Assembly (NCBI GenBank): GCA_030141605.1
Contig: JAQGDQ010000386.1
Location: forward strand, 124,001-188,000
Length of the DNA stretch: 64,000 bases
Origin: Tubiluchus corallicola
Taxonomy: Eukaryota; Animalia; Priapulida
Direction of reading: 5' to 3'
Shown here: one piece after another, positions 25,701 to 37,437 of the stretch
Layout of the letters: the number at the start of each line of letters is the position of its first letter
How positions within the stretch are numbered: the first letter of the stretch is position 1
Made by a program: the position numbers and the translations under genes
The notes under the pieces: model-generated
Database searches by the model: none
Told to the model about the DNA's origin: nothing
The model's input: only the letters and a program-made list of their open reading frames with translations

Positions 25701-28700
25701 GGTTCTTGCTTCCTTGAACGGACATTCTCGGAAGCCCTTTGATGTTTTCTGCAAGAATGGTAAAATTAAGAGCTGAACTTTGTTTGCTTATTTCAGACAG
25801 TGTACTTAAGTTTCGGAATGTTGATGATACAGTGACGTATTCGAGCGTTGATAAGTCACGCAAGCAGGTACGTATCATGCTGTAATCATTACCGTGGTAA
25901 CAGGAAGCTTAGTCACATAACTTATAGTAGAATCTTTGACACTTTTTATCATGTCTCTGTGGACCAACTGTAAATCAGCATGGTGATGTATGTTGCTATG
26001 GCAACATAAAATTAATTATTTATCATCGTCATTATTGCTCTTCTTTTTCTTCTTATTATTTTCATTATCTCATTATCATATCATTATCATCATTGTCATC
26101 ATCATCATCATCATTCTCATTATTACATGTTTCAAGAAATCTGAGCGAGTCAACAAATTTTAATGGGTCTGCTTACTACAAACACTCGTATCTCAGTTTG
26201 CCACAGATATCGTAAAAATTGGACAAAATCTGGACCATTAGAAGACCCGCATACTACAAACGGAGTCTGTTGTTTCGCGAGCTGACCGCTAGCTGGTGGG
26301 CTATCACTTTGTTTACATGATTACCTCAGTTTAGCCAAACAGCATGTAATGACACGTGTGTAGCTTCTATGTCAGGAGTGGTCCATACTAGACGATTGAT
26401 TCTTGTAACATTTTGGATATATCTACTGTCATTTGCTTATTTACATTTATTAATTTTTATTGTATCATTGTCGACGTAGTTTGTCACTAGATGGCTGTTA
26501 CTTTCTTATCCTGAGTTTTTATTTAAGCTAACTGAAGGCAGATCCATGTTTAATTTAGTTAATGGGGGTAGCTCAGAATCATTGTTTTCCTTTGTACCAA
26601 CTAACTCCCTGTTATGGATTGAATTACCAAAAGATCATCGTGGATGAATATTCAATACGTTGAAACCAAGATATATGTTTCCTCGTGTAAACTTCACTTG
26701 TTTTGCACATCTGCATGGAGATGTAATTTTAGATATGCCATACGAATACACCTTGACAGTGTACATGTATAGTGAGTGGAAGCCAGAACAGTGACCTAGA
26801 AAAGTTGGTTCAGGTAGAGAGTTGCTTATGTTTGGATGTTAAAAGCAGCCATGTTAACAGAAACCAGTGAACAAATGTTGGTAACAACATGAAAGTGATT
26901 TTGGAGCCGACAATGGTTAGCCTGGTGTAGCTGTAGCTGGTGATGTTGGTAGACTAGACCCTCAGTCAGGGTGAACTATCCTATATAGCGATAGTTTGGC
27001 ATGGAACAGACAGTCATTTGCCATAGTGTTGATGTATGCAGAGTCAGACTTATTCTGTGCAGAACCGAAGTTGCCGATAAGATGTATCATTACTATATTT
27101 TCTAATATCTGAAGGAACATTAACTATTTGCCACACGTTGATCATTAACTTTTGTAGTGGAGCTTGAGACTTGCTTGTAGGCTTACGGGATGCCCACACT
27201 GTATCTCGACACTAGGCGGAGGAGTTTCACAAGCAGCCAGCGGCTAGAGGGCGAAGGAAGTCAAGTGACCCAACGGCCATGTGTAGAGGAGTAAGCCTTC
27301 CAAATCAGGAGTGGAGCCTGGAAGGCAGACCAGTGCAGCATGCTCACTGACTCCGGCAGCTCCTGCAGTCACCCTGTTGCCAAACGTGTCGCTCTGCTTT
27401 CATTTGGACTACACCAGGGAAGAAGAGAGGGGGTTCCTGTTGTCTGGGCAACTCAGGATCTCCATACACCTTGACCAGGTGTGTGTCCTGGAGACGTTCA
27501 AGGATCGCACTGCTCAGCCATAGTTGATGCTGCAACTCCATCAATGTGATCAATAACTGACTCTCTTTGTGCACACTCCATAATCTTCCGAGACAGAAGG
27601 GTGCCAACCAACCAACACATCTTTGCTGTTCTGTTCAGAATTAGGTGTCATATCCATTCACATTTCAGTAGATTCTACACTGCCACTACACTTTGCTTTC
27701 CCATTTATTTACCCCTGATAAATGTGTCTCTATAGTGTCTCTGTATGAGTATGTTACATCTAAATATTGTAATGTAGTTTTGCGGTAAGCAAGATAAAGC
27801 ATGTTGCACTTCGCTGTAGTTTCTATATTGGAGATGTTTTTATCTCATCCACAGGGGAAGTTGAGTCATTTAAAGAAACCTACTGAAGTTGAATGTGGCA
27901 ATGATGATGATGATGACGAACCACCTCCAGTACCTATAAAGACCAGAGCTGCTCTTGAAGCTGGCGGTGTGTTTTAGATAACTTTGCATCTTTTGGTTGG
28001 TTTTTTTGGCTAATTTTCTACAAAACTTTGCATCTTTTGGTTTTGTTTGGCTGGTTTTCTCCAAAACTTTGCATCTTTTTGTTTTTTTTTGCTATTTTTC
28101 TACAAAACTTTGTATCTTCTTGGTTTTGTTTGGCTAATTTTTTCTACAAAACTTTGTATCATCTTAGTTTTGTTTGGCTATTTTTCTACAAAGCTTTTCA
28201 TCTTTAAATCCGGGTTTACTTTATCACTTTTTAGAGGTTTTTTATTTTCGGCAATGTAGCAATTGGAAATAAACTGCCTTCAAGCATTTAAAATCTAATT
28301 ATTTTCCTGATCACCTGTTGACCTTGTGTTTTGCTTTTAGATAAACCTGTGGGAACCAATGCAGCAGCAAAGGCTGGACAAGCCTTTAAGAAACTTGGAA
28401 TTGCAATAAAAAGGGTAAAAAATTTCCACTGGCTGCCTGACAGCAATTCAGTAAAAATGTGTGTTATGACACAGAACGTACAGATTCTATGTAAAAATAA
28501 TAGTAACTACTGTATATACTTATGTACAAGTCGATGTGCATTTTAAGACCAAAAATTGCATCATTTTATATATTACCTGTGTACAAGTCGTCCCTAAAAT
28601 ATTAAGATCTTCCCGAGTAAATTGTGGTTCATCACCTTCCCATTTGAAGAAAAAAATAATTTACTAAAATTAATACCTCTGCGTAGTTGTGTTTTATATG

Positions 28701-31700
28701 CGCGCGTATGCTGGTAATCGATATTTTGCCAATAAAACATGCATATACAAGACAGTGTAAGAAGCCGAGAGGTGGCAGCACCTGCACAACATTGGTGATT
28801 TCCATGTTCTGATCGACTGCTCCGTCACTAGTTTATTTACCGGTAATATATAAATTTTATGTTAATTTCACATACATTAAAATAAATTACAGTAATATTT
28901 GTTAATTTTGTGAAGTAATGTCAAGATACGAACATTCTCTGATGTGAAGTATCACAGTATGAGTGTTCATTCAGTCCAGCATATAATGAAGGATTATTTC
29001 TTTACGCATTCGTATTGTAGACGACTCTTTAGCGACATTTCCCAAAAACATATCATAAGTATAAGTCGATCCCAAAAATTTCACCTTAAAATTGCCTCCC
29101 AAAAATTCGACTTGTACATAAGTAGATACGGTATATGTCGCCCTCCAAACATTTGTCTGCCATTGCATAAAAAGAATGACGTAACCTTACCTTCTACTAA
29201 ACGAATTGAATTCAACATGCAAATCTTCTAGGGCTCCCTCATCAAACCTGCTTTTGATATTGTACTGCATTTTGATATGAGTGTGTTTGCAAACCAAAAC
29301 CGTCCATAAGTCGGCATAGTTAAAACTACGTTGCGGTACTTCGAAGTAGAATGAACCAAAAATTTGTTCAAATGTCAATTTTTTATTCTTTATGAAAACA
29401 AATGCTAAATATATTTTATATTCTAGCATCAAATTATCAGGAAAATGTCCAAAAAATACTAAAAATCTAATTTTATAACTTACCCACTTTTCTGTCTGGA
29501 AACTAGTACTGCAAATGTATCAAAAACTTGTATTTTCTAACTCCATTTGTAGCTCGTGGAAGCACCCATTTTACATCGAGTTTTTTCTGTTAACAAGACC
29601 AGATCTTTGTCAGGAAGAGTCATCTACTGGATTTAAACGTAACATCAATTTGCTCTTGTAGAATCCATAGCAGCCAGACTTTCGCACGGTTCCTAAGTGT
29701 TTTGTAGAGACGCAACACAAAACAATGGCTAACTTTAACAGTGATTTTTCCAAGATTATGTTTTTCAGTGCATGGCCTGTAACGCAACTTCAACATGGAT
29801 TATCTCAGTTTAAGAATAACATAGAGCAATGAACTTGGCATCAAAATGATCCTCATGAAATGGAGATTCAGGATATGTGAATAACTAGAAAAGCTCAATT
29901 GCTGACTTATGGACAATTTTGCTATGCAAGCACATGCATAACCTGTGTGTTCATCACCAGTTTCATGAAATTTTGTTTAACATGGCAAGATTTTTGAAAT
30001 AAATCCTATCTTTGTGTGTTTTAAAACTGGCAGTCAAGTAGGAAATGCTCGCCTAAAAACAAATTTTGCATATTCGTTCATGCTAGTGCAAGCTCGTGGA
30101 ATCGCCCAGTCTCAATTTTTAAAGGCAAAATGCCACATTTAAACTGAGATAAAACTGATATTTGTGATCTACGTTGTATTACTAATGAAAGCTGCTGTGT
30201 AATAACGCTAGGGTTTGCAATTAAAATTCGTTATTACTGTTTAATGACACGTGTCCATACCACATGCGTATAATGTTTTGCACTATATGCTAAAACTTTT
30301 TTGCTACTTTTTAGACTGTACAGCCCAGGGGACAGGACGAATCAGACTCAGCATCAGGTAAGATTTGATGCTGCTCATAATCCTAGCAGAGATGTTGCAT
30401 CATTCTTTGTTATTTTTTTGCAAAATTTGACCCCTGCCAGCGAAGAAGTTTTGCAGTTCTGCTGCTTGTGCTAACTCATGCACAAAGCAGGTTCAGGTAG
30501 TCTAATTAGTCACTAGTGCACTGTTTACATTTGATGCTTCATTACAAATATTTTATGTACATACATACATAATAACAAAATTATGACAAACTTTAACATA
30601 ACTTACTTGTATTTGGAAATTTATGTAGCTTTGAACTCATATGTTCGTATCATTATTTTCTTATTGGAAACATAACAGTTCAGTAGCTATCATAAATTTT
30701 ATATGTACTTTATTTGTGCTTATAAGTACTTTGTTAAATGTTGAAAACTTTATTTGTCTGTATAAATACGTTATTAAATGTTGAAAATTCTCATTTCTTT
30801 TAGATTCCGTTAGTTGTGGTACACATACACCAGATAATGTCTGCACATCCATTTTAAGTCAGCCATCGTATTTTTTGAATAAGGCCGTTGGTAAGTTAAC
30901 ATTTTATTTCCATTAATCTCTGCTTATTATTTAATACAGTAAGTCCTCGTTTAATGACGCCCCACTTCGCGATGTTTCATTTTAATGACACTAACTTTTC
31001 GTCTTCTTTTCACTTAATGTCGCAAGTTTGAATTTATCAACTGTTTTTAGTCTCATTTTAAGCACTAAATCTTGTTTAGAGTATTAGCATTCTATAAACT
31101 ACGTAAACCCACTACTTAACTGAGCTCACTGTTTGGTTATTACACTGGTAATAATTTGTCCAACTAAATTGATAGGCAGGCAGTCAGACCACAATGATTC
31201 TGTACACCCCTCGTGTTCACACAAAATTTCTCTAATTGATAAAATGTTCTCATGTTACAAATGCGTGTGTTAACACAGAAAAACACCGAGAGTTCCTTTC
31301 ATAAGGTATTTACTGCAGTCTTTATTTTCTAAAGGAGAAAAAAGAAAAGAATACATAAAATTTGCAGTAATGCCATTTGAACAAAAAATGCAGAAATTTG
31401 AACAAAAATTACACAGGAAATTGCAATGTAATAAATATACTTAGATTTACAAAACCACTTACTTCATTCGGCTAGAGAGCGCACACTGTTTATGGTTGAA
31501 GCATAACATTAAATTTGTCACATAAAAATGGCATTATCCACAAAAACCAGTCCACTCTGCCAGCAATTGCCCACTGTCCTCTTTAGTTTTTGGCTCCCTC
31601 GTACGGGAAAAAGAAAAAACAAATTATATGGGCAATTTGCCCATAACAGCGCGTTTCTGCGTTTACGTCTTTTGCATGTTAGCTGCAGCAAAGAGATCAC

Positions 31701-33196
31701 CGAAAACGACCCTCGCAGCTGGAAGGTAAGAAGACGGGACGTAGTAAACGCGATGCGGTTTGATAAGGAAGTGCTGACTGAAAAAAAGAAAAAAATCTAA
31801 CCAATTATCCTTAGATTTTCTATGAAAAACAAAAGCAGAAAGAAAAAATGTAAAAAAAAATGAAGAAGAGTAACTAGAGAAGGAAGGACCTGTGCTTCAA
31901 GTTTATGTTTAGTTTTCATACTTTAATTGTTCATTAGCTTTTTAATTAAACAAATATGTAATGTAGAACTGTAAGCAATAAACCCTATAAAGTGTTTAAT
32001 TTATGAACCAAACACTATTTACTCCTACAACTTAACTGAAAGCTTTTACATAGTCAGGCTGCAGTCAGGGGAGTATTAACTAATGGGCTAACTAGGCTAG
32101 GGTGCCAAATTTTGAGGGCATCACATTTTAGAAAAAATTCTCATTCTCCTCGGAAATTGTGTATACTTTCATATTCATGCAAAGGCCACGTTTTATAACA
32201 CACCACAGGCAATTACTGAGAGCAACGTAGTGCCACATAACGAACAGGTGCAAGGTATTACACAACAAGCAGTTGCACAGTCTAAGCGCTATGCAAATAC
32301 GTGCAATTAATAATCACCATGCAGAAACTAGGTTAATAGTGTTTCTAATACACCACAAATAATTGTTTAATCTCCTCATTAAATAAGCAACCAAAATTCA
32401 CAATAGAGATGGGTGGGACAGGATTGTCAGCCTAGGGCGTTGCCGGGTCTTGACACGCCCCTGGCTGCAGTGATCGTTGCTCCGCTGCAAGCAACTGAAT
32501 TCTTTTAATAAGCCGATCACTACTGATCATGTGTGCTTGCATAGCAAAATCGTCCGTAAGTCGGCAATTAAGCTTTTCTAGTTATTCACATATCTAGTTA
32601 ATGTTGGAGTTGAGGTGCTTTGTTGGTCGCTATGGATTTTGCGAGAGCAAATTGAAGTTACATTTAAATCCAGTAGATGGCACTTTCTGACAAAGATCTG
32701 GGCTTGGCAACAGAAAAAAACCCTAAGCAAAATGGCTGCTTCGGCGAGCTACAGTCGGAAAACACAAGATTTTTTACATTTGCAGTACTAGTTTCTAAAC
32801 AGAAAAGTGGCTAAGGAGTTATAAAATTAGATTGTTAGTATTTTTCAACATTTCCTTGTTAATTTCATACTAGAATGCAAAGTCCAAAATATTTAGCGTT
32901 TTGTTCGCAAGCACACATATGATGATAATCAGTAGCAATGATGCAGTAACTGATAATATCAGCTTATCATAAAATCATTGTAATTCTATTTGGCATGAAG
33001 CATTCTAATTGTACATTCTTTCTCCCGAAATGAAGAAGCATCAATTTCAGAATTTACACCGTTTTTTTCAGGTTTCAGTCATCGTGTTGGAAAGCCGAAA
33101 GGACCAAGAGTCGCGCCAATCGGCTGGGGAAGAATAACAAACACAAACAAAAACAATACAGATCTGTACAAACAGCCAACATTTGCAACTAACTGA
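7795..33196 (+). CDS. PTPN12: Non-receptor protein tyrosine phosphatase, PTP-PEST family (PTPN12/18/22-like), 15 coding exons, about 848 aa
   Basis: Exons: 7795-7893, 9575-9668 (GC donor), 10763-10839, 13506-13640, 15852-15920, 16296-16501, 18439-18505, 18991-19068, 22188-23397, 25797-25867, 27855-27966, 28341-28414, 30315-30357, 30804-30890, 33072-33196. Phases are consistent (2547 nt). Motifs: [57 protein letters not shown], proline motif PPPVPIKT and the C-terminal homology motif [19 protein letters not shown]. The small tail exons (10-14) are less certain. Confidence 0.9.
10190..10640 (+). mobile_element. Kolobok/T2-type MITE family A, 5'-truncated copy
   Basis: Internal sequence shared with the copies at 18100, 48218, 53006 and 57999. 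Ends ccggtcttccg|ttaa. Confidence 0.75.
11338..11462. repeat. 38-bp tandem repeat, about 3 copies
   Basis: gtagtacgggtataacctgatactttgatgtgtttcca repeated. Confidence 0.9.
11561..13385 (-). mobile_element. 5'-truncated RTE-clade LINE, interrupted near its 3' end by a solo LTR
   Basis: ORF 12729-13184 ([10 protein letters not shown]...EMRMLRW...RLRCYGHL...[10 protein letters not shown]...NRNAWRRLI) is the RTE RT C-terminus. The 3' end and (GAA)n tail resume at 11561-11596. Confidence 0.85.
11597..12777. mobile_element. Solo LTR (1181 bp) with 5-bp TSD
   Basis: Termini TGTGACG...CGTCACA. Identical GGGTC flanks at 11592-11596 and 12778-12782. Removing it restores the RTE sequence. Confidence 0.85.
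14215..14425 (-). mobile_element. Degraded LINE (L2/CR1-group) 3' end
   Basis: The minus-strand translation resembles LINE ORF2 termini ([18 protein letters not shown]; FKRLINSW...CKCAIC). Confidence 0.5.
15017..15306 (+). mobile_element. Tc1/pogo (Tigger-like) MITE family C, internally deleted copy
   Basis: TA|CAGTCAACCTCG...CGAGGTTGACTG|TA termini. Internal sequence matches the copy at 35773-36332. Confidence 0.85.
16068..16265 (+). mobile_element. TIR element family D, partial copy
   Basis: Matches the left end of 29278-29938 (gcttgcaaaccaaa.ccgtccataagt.ggc). Confidence 0.65.
16562..17095. mobile_element. hAT (Charlie/Buster-like) MITE
   Basis: Termini catgggtctccaaa...tttggagacccctg. 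The 8-bp flanks ttttagac and gtttagat resemble the NTCTAGAN-type target. Confidence 0.7.
17186..18050 (+). mobile_element. Kolobok/T2-type MITE family B with a locally duplicated right end
   Basis: Starts TTAA|AGGAAGACAGGATG and matches 21157-21778. The segment at about 17645-17810 is repeated at about 17879-18048, with a partial copy between. Confidence 0.75.
18100..18389 (+). mobile_element. Kolobok/T2-type MITE family A, partial copy
   Basis: Ends tccggtcttcct|ttaa. Internal match to 10305-10560. Confidence 0.75.
18645..18960. repeat. About 53-bp minisatellite, about 6 copies, filling most of PTP intron 7
   Basis: Unit ttaaaaccacaacttgtgttttcattgatagatttcgctactttttaaaa recurs. Confidence 0.85.
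19199..19730 (-). mobile_element. Kolobok/T2-type MITE family B, reverse copy
   Basis: TTAA|AGCAAAACCAGACCCAATC is the reverse complement of the family B right end, and the internal sequence matches. Confidence 0.75.
19846..20030 (+). mobile_element. MITE family C fragment
   Basis: cccttatatccga repeats and gagggtgtatctagacctgtac match the other family C copies. Confidence 0.7.
21157..21778 (+). mobile_element. Kolobok/T2-type MITE family B, full-length copy (further partial copies at about 4885-5093 and 21889-22127)
   Basis: ttga|AGGAAGACAGGA...GGTTTTGCT|TTAA. Confidence 0.8.
24101..24444. mobile_element. Tc1/pogo-type MITE
   Basis: TA|CAGTCAACCCTCGTTAAACCGGAC...GTCCGGTTTAATGAGGGTCGGCTG|TA. 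Confidence 0.8.
24860..25255. mobile_element. TIR element family D, internal fragment
   Basis: ctgagataatccacattgaag... is shared with the region around 34698 and the other family D copies. Confidence 0.55.
25259..25678. mobile_element. Foldback-like MITE with about 155-bp inverted arms
   Basis: gatgctacagtaagaaagttca.tctcttttccttttg... is mirrored by ...caaaaggaaaagaga.tgaactttcttactgtagcatc. The arms stay alignable to about 25415 and 25524. Confidence 0.8.
27173..27616 (+). mobile_element. 5S-derived SINE, 5'-truncated copy
   Basis: Reverse-complement match to 50237-50665. Begins at the 5S 3' end (gcttgtaggctt) and ends gggtgcc(aacc)n. Confidence 0.8.
27980..28205. repeat. About 42-bp degenerate minisatellite, 5-6 copies
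   Basis: aaactttgcatcttttggttttgtttggctaattttctaca recurs. Confidence 0.8.
28510..29131. mobile_element. Tc2/pogo-type MITE (CCGTA-type termini, TA TSD)
   Basis: TA|ctgtatatacttatgtacaagtcga...tcgacttgtacataagtagatacgg|TA. Confidence 0.75.
29278..29938 (+). mobile_element. TIR element family D (unclassified; TGTGTGCTTGCATAGCAAAA-type TIR of about 35 bp)
   Basis: Both ends are inverted matches. Sibling copies are at 32530-32917 and 34571-35192. Confidence 0.75.
32066..32463. mobile_element. hAT-type MITE with perfect 8-bp TSD
   Basis: gctgcagt|CAGGGGAGTATTAA...TTGACACGCCCCTG|gctgcagt. Confidence 0.85.
32530..32917 (-). mobile_element. TIR element family D, deleted copy
   Basis: tgtgtgcttgcatagcaaaatcgtccgtaagtcggc...gcaagcacaca. 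Confidence 0.75.
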
Positions 33197-34570
33197 TTGG
33201 AAGTCTCTTAGCAGACCAGTGCAGTATTTGAAAGCTGTGACGCACAAAAACATTTTTAGGTGCACTTTAGCTAAAGCCTATTTATGTGATAGTATGACAT
33301 ATGATTCCTGATGCGAGTGTGCATCTCTAACTTCCCATAGCCTTGCATAGCAAAGGCCTTGTCAAAAAATTGTGTGTATAAATACACTTATAATCAAAAA
33401 TGCGCGAATGTCCTACATAGTCATCGTTTATAAGGCAAGGCCAGCAGCAGCTTTTACTGAATTAAAGTTCTAAGGTCATAAGCAGAGTATAATGGATGAT
33501 GTCACAACAATGGCTTTGCATCAGCAGTTTTCCAAGCGAAAATCGCCAAAAATGGAACATCTAATTAACTCATCACAGTTCCTCACTTGTGGAGACGTCC
33601 TAAATTACAGCTCACACAGCTGTGTAGCCCTGTTTCTCCTCTTTCTATAGAACTACATATCTTCTTCCGAGAGTCTTACCAGGCTCCGCTAGAATGTTTT
33701 TTCTACAGGCTATTTGGCTAAAATTTCAAAAAAATTCGGTGTTGGATCCGGGAAGACGTACGTTACGGGACGCCGTGGCCCTCTCGCAAATTCTAAATAC
33801 GTCCAACACTGAACAGGCTATCTATCCATAGCCAGCACCACCCCAAGCCCATTCCCATTCTCCAGAAATAAGAGGAATAAGTTTTGCAAAAAACGGCCAA
33901 AAAAGGGCAGTTTGAACCAAATTGAAAACTTGATTTCCTAGTTTACATTTCGAGTGATCATTTCAGTGTGGTCAGGCTACAAATGAGTGCTGCTAATTGT
34001 TTATCTTATAAGTTGAGTGATTGTGTTCAGTGTGAACAGACTATAACCGAACTGTTAGCAATTTCATTATCTGGTTTGTTTGTGGACAGGCTATTCTTTT
34101 TTGCCTCCTTTGTACTGGGTGACCCTGAAAGTATGCCATAATAGGCATTAAAACGAAAGTTTTCAAAATAATAGTGGTATGTGATTCAATTCATTTGGTC
34201 ACACAATCATTTTTTACCTATAATACAATAATGTGTTTCTAGATTGGGAAAAATTGCTGCTGAACTATGCTCTGTTTGCTTCTGCTTATTGTAGTATGCT
34301 TAGAAGGCTGTTCAAGTGGTGCCATTATAGAGGAAAATTATCTGAAATGCGAAGAGACTTAATGAAAATTGCCATTATCTCATTATAGGTATTTTCTATT
34401 AAAAATTCTTGCCAGCTTGGCACTCTTCATCTTTAATCTGTGTCAAACACATAAGTTATGTTCTGTATAAAATTTTAGTGCCTTTATTTTAGTAGATTAT
34501 AAGATTTTTACCGTAAATTTATGCACAACTCTCTTCCTCTTGATCTCTCAGAATATTTGTGTTTGTCATA

Positions 34571-35192
34571 CGTCTGCTGGCATAGCAAAATCCTCCATAA
34601 GTCAGCAGTTAAGCTTTTCTAGTTATTCACGTATCCTGATCTGCATTTCATGAGTATAATTTTGATACCAAGCTTGTTGCTCTGTGTTATTTCTAACCTG
34701 AGATAATCCACGTTGAAGTTGAGGTGCAGGCTACGCACTGAAAAACATAATCTTGAGAAAATCTCTATTAAAGTCAGCTATTGTTTTTTGTCGTATTTCT
34801 ACGAAAGACTTAGCAACCATATGAAAGTGTGGTTGGTATGGACTTTGCAAGTGCGCACTGGAGTTATGTTTGAAATGCAGTAGGCAGCTCTCCCTGATGG
34901 AAATTTCGGTTTGACAACTGCTGAAACTTGAAGCAAAATGTCTGCTTCCACAAGCTATCATCGGAGTTTGAAAATTCGAGTTTTTTTTTACATTTGCAGT
35001 GCTAGTTTTTAATATTTTTTGGACATTTTCTTAATAATTTGCTGCTAGAATATAAAAGTCCAATATACTTTGCATTTGTTTTTATAAAAAAAAATTAATA
35101 TTAAGCCAATTTTTTTTGCATTCTACTTTGAAGCTTCATAATGTAGTTTTAACTATGCCGATTTATGGACGGTTTTGCTATGCAAGCACACA
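34571..35192 (-). mobile_element. TIR element family D
   Basis: Ends gccgatttatggacggttttgctatgcaagcacaca. Reverse match to 29278-29938. Confidence 0.75.
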
Positions 35193-35772
35193 TATAAGTA
35201 TTATGTAAAATTTGTATCGTATAAGTTGATATGTATTTAATTGTTCATCCGTTGTACACTCCTTTCTGTTACTATGTATCTTTTTAATACAAAAATGTCA
35301 AATTTTCATGGATGAACACAAATATAGTTAGTTTCACATATCAGCAAAATATGCGAAATTAATCCATGTTACTAAGAAAATGAAACTAGAGAGATGCATG
35401 TTACAAATCATCATATTTGTTATGGGAAAAAATAACAATGAATGTGTCTTCTATGGTAGGATCCGCATTTTACAATTTAAACTGGATGCAAAATTTAACT
35501 GCATTTTACAAAAGTTTGTTGGAATTTGTGTCTATTTTCAAATTTAAAAGCAGTGTAATTTCGTTAACTTTCTTTATTTGTACAGATTTATTAAGTTTTC
35601 TTGTAATTATTTAGCTCAATGTATGATATGTATTTGTTATCGTCACTATTTTAAACTCCCCTAAATACATGCAGTCAAATCTCTTTGTATCGCCAATTGT
35701 GGGACTGCAAAAGTTGGCATTAAGCGAGTTTGGCATTATAACCAGCTGCATTCATACATGTCTATGCAAATA

Positions 35773-36332
35773 CAGTCAATCTCGGACATAAGGGACACCT
35801 TCGGACTGGAAAAAACCGTCCTTTATATCAGATGTCCCTTATACCCGAGTCGGACCGAGGGTGCATCTAGACCTGTACTTTTCTGTACTTTTACCCATAT
35901 TTTTATGGATTATTGCTACACATTCAGTGCAAATGGTATGTAGGAAGCTCCTTCAGCGATGCAAGATGTATGTAATCGCGGAAACCGAGCTTTTCGAAGG
36001 CCGAGTTTGCGAAAAATTGAGGTTAAAAATCGATCAATTTCGCTTTGATCATAGGGTCCCTTATATGTGAGGTAATTTACCTGGGTTTTTATTACATGGG
36101 ACCTGAAGATATCGTCCCTTATAACCGAAAGTCCAAAAATATACGAATATTTATACATAGAAAAAACTTTACGAAAAATCGGGACCAGTGTTGGTGGTCC
36201 CTTGTAAACAAGTGTCCCTTATAATATAGTACCTTATATACGAAGATTTTTACACAGGAAAAAAGTTACGAAAAATTGGGACCAATGTTGGTGGTCCCTT
36301 ATAAGCTAGTACCTTATACCCAAGGTTGACTG
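35773..36332 (+). mobile_element. Tc1/pogo (Tigger-like) MITE family C, longest copy
   Basis: TA|CAGTCAATCTCGG...CAAGGTTGACTG|TA. Confidence 0.85.
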
Positions 36333-37230
36333 TATAAGCATTTTGCTTTCCACAAAATTTGGGCATATAAAAAAGTTGCCATTATAAGGTGGGGGGGGGA
36401 TTATAATGAGGTATCGCTGTAATGTAACCTAGTCACTTCATTGAATACAAAGTATTATGACTATTATTTTCCTAATCGGAACACCACAAATTTCTGCTTT
36501 ATTTTTAGTAATGTAACATATATACATATATATATATATATATTTGTAATAAGATTAATGCAATTTTTATTTATTTTAAAATGCCTCCAATCATAAGCAA
36601 AAAACAAAAATGCTCAACTCTGCTGATTTTTGTAAAGATTTGCACATCGTATTGGTTGCATCTTTGAATTAAAATAAGTTTATTGCACTGACTCTAACCT
36701 TAGAAGCCTGAGCATGACATTTTTATAGCTCTTAGAGAAATTATAAAGGAGTAAAGTACAGTAGTTCATAACTACTGCAAATTAGCAAGAGAATGGCTGA
36801 CTAGCAAGATTATTTTGGTGGAATTTTTACAGGAGTTTTGGCATAAAATTATGAGTTATATCAAATTTGTAATCTGTGATATCAACTTTGTTAAATTATA
36901 TCAATTTTAGATCGATAGAGTAAAACGATAATACTAATATTATGTGAGTTTTAATTATTTGTTATCAGTAAATAAATAGAAAGTGAATAGAAACTTTGTC
37001 TTTCTCTAACTTCTCTAGACGTGTTTCTAAATTTCTCCATCACTATGCTTTCCGTCACATTTATGAAACTGTTAACACATTAGCTGATTTTTATTGATTT
37101 ATCTGAATAAATATGGCTTCATAGAAAGCCTGTCACACACTTTAAAGCAATTGGAAGGCTTGGTTTGAAGTCATGAACTGCCCCGGGAGAAATTTTTGAT
37201 TTTAAATGCATTGCATTGACAGGTTGTATG

Positions 37231-37437
37231 TGTGTGTGTATTCACATGACTGTATAGACCATACCAGCCAGTTAAATGTATAAGCTTATTAAAAATAATA
37301 AAAGGAAAGTGCGTGCTTTATGCCATAGTGGTGTGTGTGTTTGTGTATTCACATGACTGTATAGACCACACCAGCCAGTTAAATGTATAAGCTTATTAAA
37401 AATAATAAAAGGAAAGTGCATGCTTTACTCCATAGTG
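37231..37437. repeat. About 107-bp direct tandem duplication
   Basis: tgtgtattcacatgactgtatagacca...aaggaaagtgc...catagtg occurs twice. Confidence 0.85.
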
